Assembly (NCBI GenBank): GCA_016793115.1
Contig: JAEUIN010000215.1
Location: 52 to 64,051, forward strand
Direction of reading: 5' to 3'
DNA length: 64,000 nt
Source: Planctomycetaceae bacterium
GTDB taxonomy: Bacteria > Planctomycetota > Planctomycetia > Pirellulales > PNKZ01
Each line of letters starts with the position of its first letter. Within the stretch, counting starts at the first letter, position 1. The notes under the pieces were generated by a model. That model ran no database searches and was not told the origin of the DNA. It worked only from the letters and a program-made list of their open reading frames with translations. This document shows positions 61,988-64,000 of the stretch, piece by piece. The position numbers were made by a program, and so were the translations under genes.

Positions 61988-62260
61988 GTGACGATGGACG
62001 ATTCTTCCGGTTCGCCGCCGCCGGCCGAAAAGCCGAGCGAGGAGACTTTGAAGGCCGCCTATAAGGCGTTCAAGAAGCGCGTGAAGGTGACCACGCTCGA
62101 TTACAACTCCCGCCTCGGCAAAGCCCCGACCACTTCCGGCTCGGCCCAACTCACGGCGATCACGCCGCCGAACGAATACCCCAAAGCGGTCTGGCAAGCG
62201 CTCGTCGACCAAGGAAAACTCAAGTACGCCGGACAAGGGATGTACGAGTTGAAGGGGTAG
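61988..62260 (+). CDS. Small hypothetical protein
   Basis: Host-like codon usage; RBS GAGG; LKAAYKAFKKRVK...VWQALV..GKL...G.GMYEL. Confidence 0.65.
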   Translation: MTMDDSSGSPPPAEKPSEETLKAAYKAFKKRVKVTTLDYNSRLGKAPTTSGSAQLTAITPPNEYPKAVWQALVDQGKLKYAGQGMYELKG

Positions 62261-62275
62261 CAGAGCATGGGACCA

Positions 62276-62898
62276 GCGAGCGGCGGGGTTTATCCCCGCC
62301 GTCTGCCAAGATGAACGAACCGGAGTTTGCACTGCTACTGACTTGGACATGCTACGGGAACTGGCTTCCCGGCGACGGGCGAGGCTACGTCGGCAATACC
62401 CGCAGCAAACGCGGCGGCTTCCAGCCGAAGCACAACGTTCCGCAAACCCGCTTCGACGCCGACGACCAAGAGTCGCGAGATCTAGCTAAAGGACTCCAGC
62501 GTTATGATTCGGCTCGCCTGACATTAGACGACGCGAAGCGCGCCGCTCACTCCTTCGTCGCGGCCGCCGTCGCCAGGTCGTGGATTATCTTGCGTGGAGC
62601 GGTGATGGCGAACCACGTGCATCTAGTCGTCAGGAATTGTCCCGACGACGGACCGGACGTGCGTCGCGTATTCAAGGGAGTCGGTCAGGCGAGGCTGAAC
62701 GAAGAAGCAGGAGTGAAGCGACGTTGGTGGACGCAGGGGGGCAGCAATCGGTATTTGCATGGAAACGATTCCATTCTCGCGGCGATGCGCTATGTTGAGG
62801 AACAGGAGTTTTGCCTCGTTAGGATTGAAGAAACGAGAGTCGTGGAATGACTAACGTGCCGATTTTTCCAGACGGCGGGGATAAACCCCGCCGCTCGC
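62276..62898 (+). mobile_element. Y1/HUH transposase cassette bounded by perfect 30-bp inverted palindromic repeats (REP family A)
   Basis: 62276-62305 GCGAGCGGCGGGGTTTATCCCCGCCGTCTG is the exact reverse complement of 62869-62898. Confidence 0.85.
62311..62850 (+). CDS. IS200/IS605-superfamily (Y1) HUH transposase, RAYT-like context
   Basis: TWTCYG.WLPGD, VMANHVHLVV (HUH), FKG, WWT.G, AMRYVEEQ (catalytic Tyr, YxxxQ). Confidence 0.85.
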   Translation: MNEPEFALLLTWTCYGNWLPGDGRGYVGNTRSKRGGFQPKHNVPQTRFDADDQESRDLAKGLQRYDSARLTLDDAKRAAHSFVAAAVARSWIILRGAVMANHVHLVVRNCPDDGPDVRRVFKGVGQARLNEEAGVKRRWWTQGGSNRYLHGNDSILAAMRYVEEQEFCLVRIEETRVVE

Positions 62899-62902
62899 CC
62901 AG

Positions 62903-63928
62903 ATGATGACCGACCTCTACGGACTCGCGCGAGCGGAACTTGGCGCGACGCTCTCGCGGGCCGGGTTCGCCGATGTGCATGCCGGGCGAGTGTGGGGATA
63001 TCTTTATCGCGGCTTCGAGCGCGACTTCGGGGCGATGCGCGAGTTGCCGCCGCGGTTAATCGACTGGTTGCGGGAGAATGCGACGCTTTGTGAATTGGGC
63101 GTCGCGCGCGAGACGGCGGCCGACGACGGGTTGACGACCAAGTCGCTGCTCGCGCTCTCCGACGGGCGCGAAATCGAAGCCGTGCGAATGCAAATCGGCG
63201 AACGGACCACGGCGTGCCTGAGTTCGCAAGTCGGCTGCGCGCTGGGCTGCGTGTTTTGCGCGACCGGGCAGATGGGATTCGAGCGAAACCTCACGGCCGG
63301 CGAGATCGTCGCGCAGGCGCTGCATGTGGCGCGGGCGGCGCGAGCGAACGGCTCGCGATTGCGGAATGTCGTCGTGATGGGAATGGGCGAACCGCTGCTG
63401 AACTACGACGCCGTGATGACGGCGCTCGACGTGCTCCGCGATCCGGCCGGCTTGGCGATCGGGTTCAAGCAGATCACGGTGAGCACCGTGGGCGTCGCGC
63501 CGGGGATCGTGCGCATGGCCGACGAAGGGCGGCCGTATTCGTTGGCCGTGTCGCTCCATGCGGCCGACCAAACGGAGCGAGCCGCGCTCTTGCCGGTCGC
63601 GCGGACTTGGCCGCTCGACGTGCTGCTGGACGCGTGCCGCTACTACGCGGCGAAGACCGGGCGGCGGATATTCTTCGAGTGGACGGTGATCGCCGGCCGC
63701 AACGATGCGCTCGAGCAAGCTGATGAACTCGCAACGTTGCTCGCCGGTTTGCCGGCGCATGTGAACCTGATTCCGCTTAACGCGACGACCGGCTTCGACG
63801 GCGCGGCCGGCGAGGCGGCGGCGCTCGACGCGTTTCAGGCGCGGTTGCGCGCGCACGGACTCCCGGCGACGGTCCGCCGCACGCGCGGCGAGCAGATCGC
63901 CGCGGCGTGCGGGCAATTGGCGGTGTAA
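62903..63928 (+). CDS. rlmN: Dual-specificity rRNA/tRNA methyltransferase RlmN
   Basis: SSQVGCALGCVFCATG, MGMGEPL, SLHA, VNLIP, AACGQL. Confidence 0.9.
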   Translation: MMTDLYGLARAELGATLSRAGFADVHAGRVWGYLYRGFERDFGAMRELPPRLIDWLRENATLCELGVARETAADDGLTTKSLLALSDGREIEAVRMQIGERTTACLSSQVGCALGCVFCATGQMGFERNLTAGEIVAQALHVARAARANGSRLRNVVVMGMGEPLLNYDAVMTALDVLRDPAGLAIGFKQITVSTVGVAPGIVRMADEGRPYSLAVSLHAADQTERAALLPVARTWPLDVLLDACRYYAAKTGRRIFFEWTVIAGRNDALEQADELATLLAGLPAHVNLIPLNATTGFDGAAGEAAALDAFQARLRAHGLPATVRRTRGEQIAAACGQLAV

Positions 63929-63961
63929 GGGGTTGCCGGCCCCTCGCCGTTCGATTCGCAA

Positions 63962-64000
63962 CACCTCTCCCCCTGGGAGAGGTCGCCGCGGAGCGGCGCG
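63962..64000. repeat. Family D repeat, truncated by the window end
   Basis: CACCTCTCCCCCTGGGAGAGGTCGCCGCGGAGCGGCG, close to 61177-61213. Confidence 0.75.

Noticed and set aside
62273-62901. CCA on both sides of the transposase cassette as a target-site duplication
   Set aside because: Only 3 bp, absent at the 13365 doublet (TTA/AAA), and Y1 enzymes do not normally make duplications
62903-63928. Cfr-type resistance methyltransferase
   Set aside because: MGMGEPL fits RlmN rather than the Cfr-type MGMGEAL

Overview
High-GC bacterial chromosomal window whose gene set and protein families point to a Planctomycete (inference). It is mostly housekeeping. A long minus-strand run reads purA-uppS-cdsA-phoH-HD hydrolase-ybeY-recO-bamD-like-lptE-like-folP-proA-fliM-condensation domain. 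Also present are two sulfatases, an opp ABC operon, mtaB, clpS, serS, rpsB-tsf-pyrH-frr, carA, ahpCD, ppdK and rlmN. Five things stand out: (1) a small HUH/Y1 transposase bracketed by perfect 30-bp inverted palindromic repeats, with a gene-less inverted pair of the same repeat 49 kb away (REP/REPIN-like system), plus at least five other short palindromic repeat families; (2) an AT-richer C5-methyltransferase/restriction endonuclease pair whose nuclease is split by one extra base in an A8 run; (3) a candidate stand-alone structured small RNA upstream of carA; (4) a non-canonical cytochrome bd-like two-gene module with a fused cytochrome c; (5) a Cys-rich protein with 16-aa tandem repeats. I saw no rRNA, tRNA, CRISPR array or integrase. 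All calls come from reading the sequence by eye; no database search was run.
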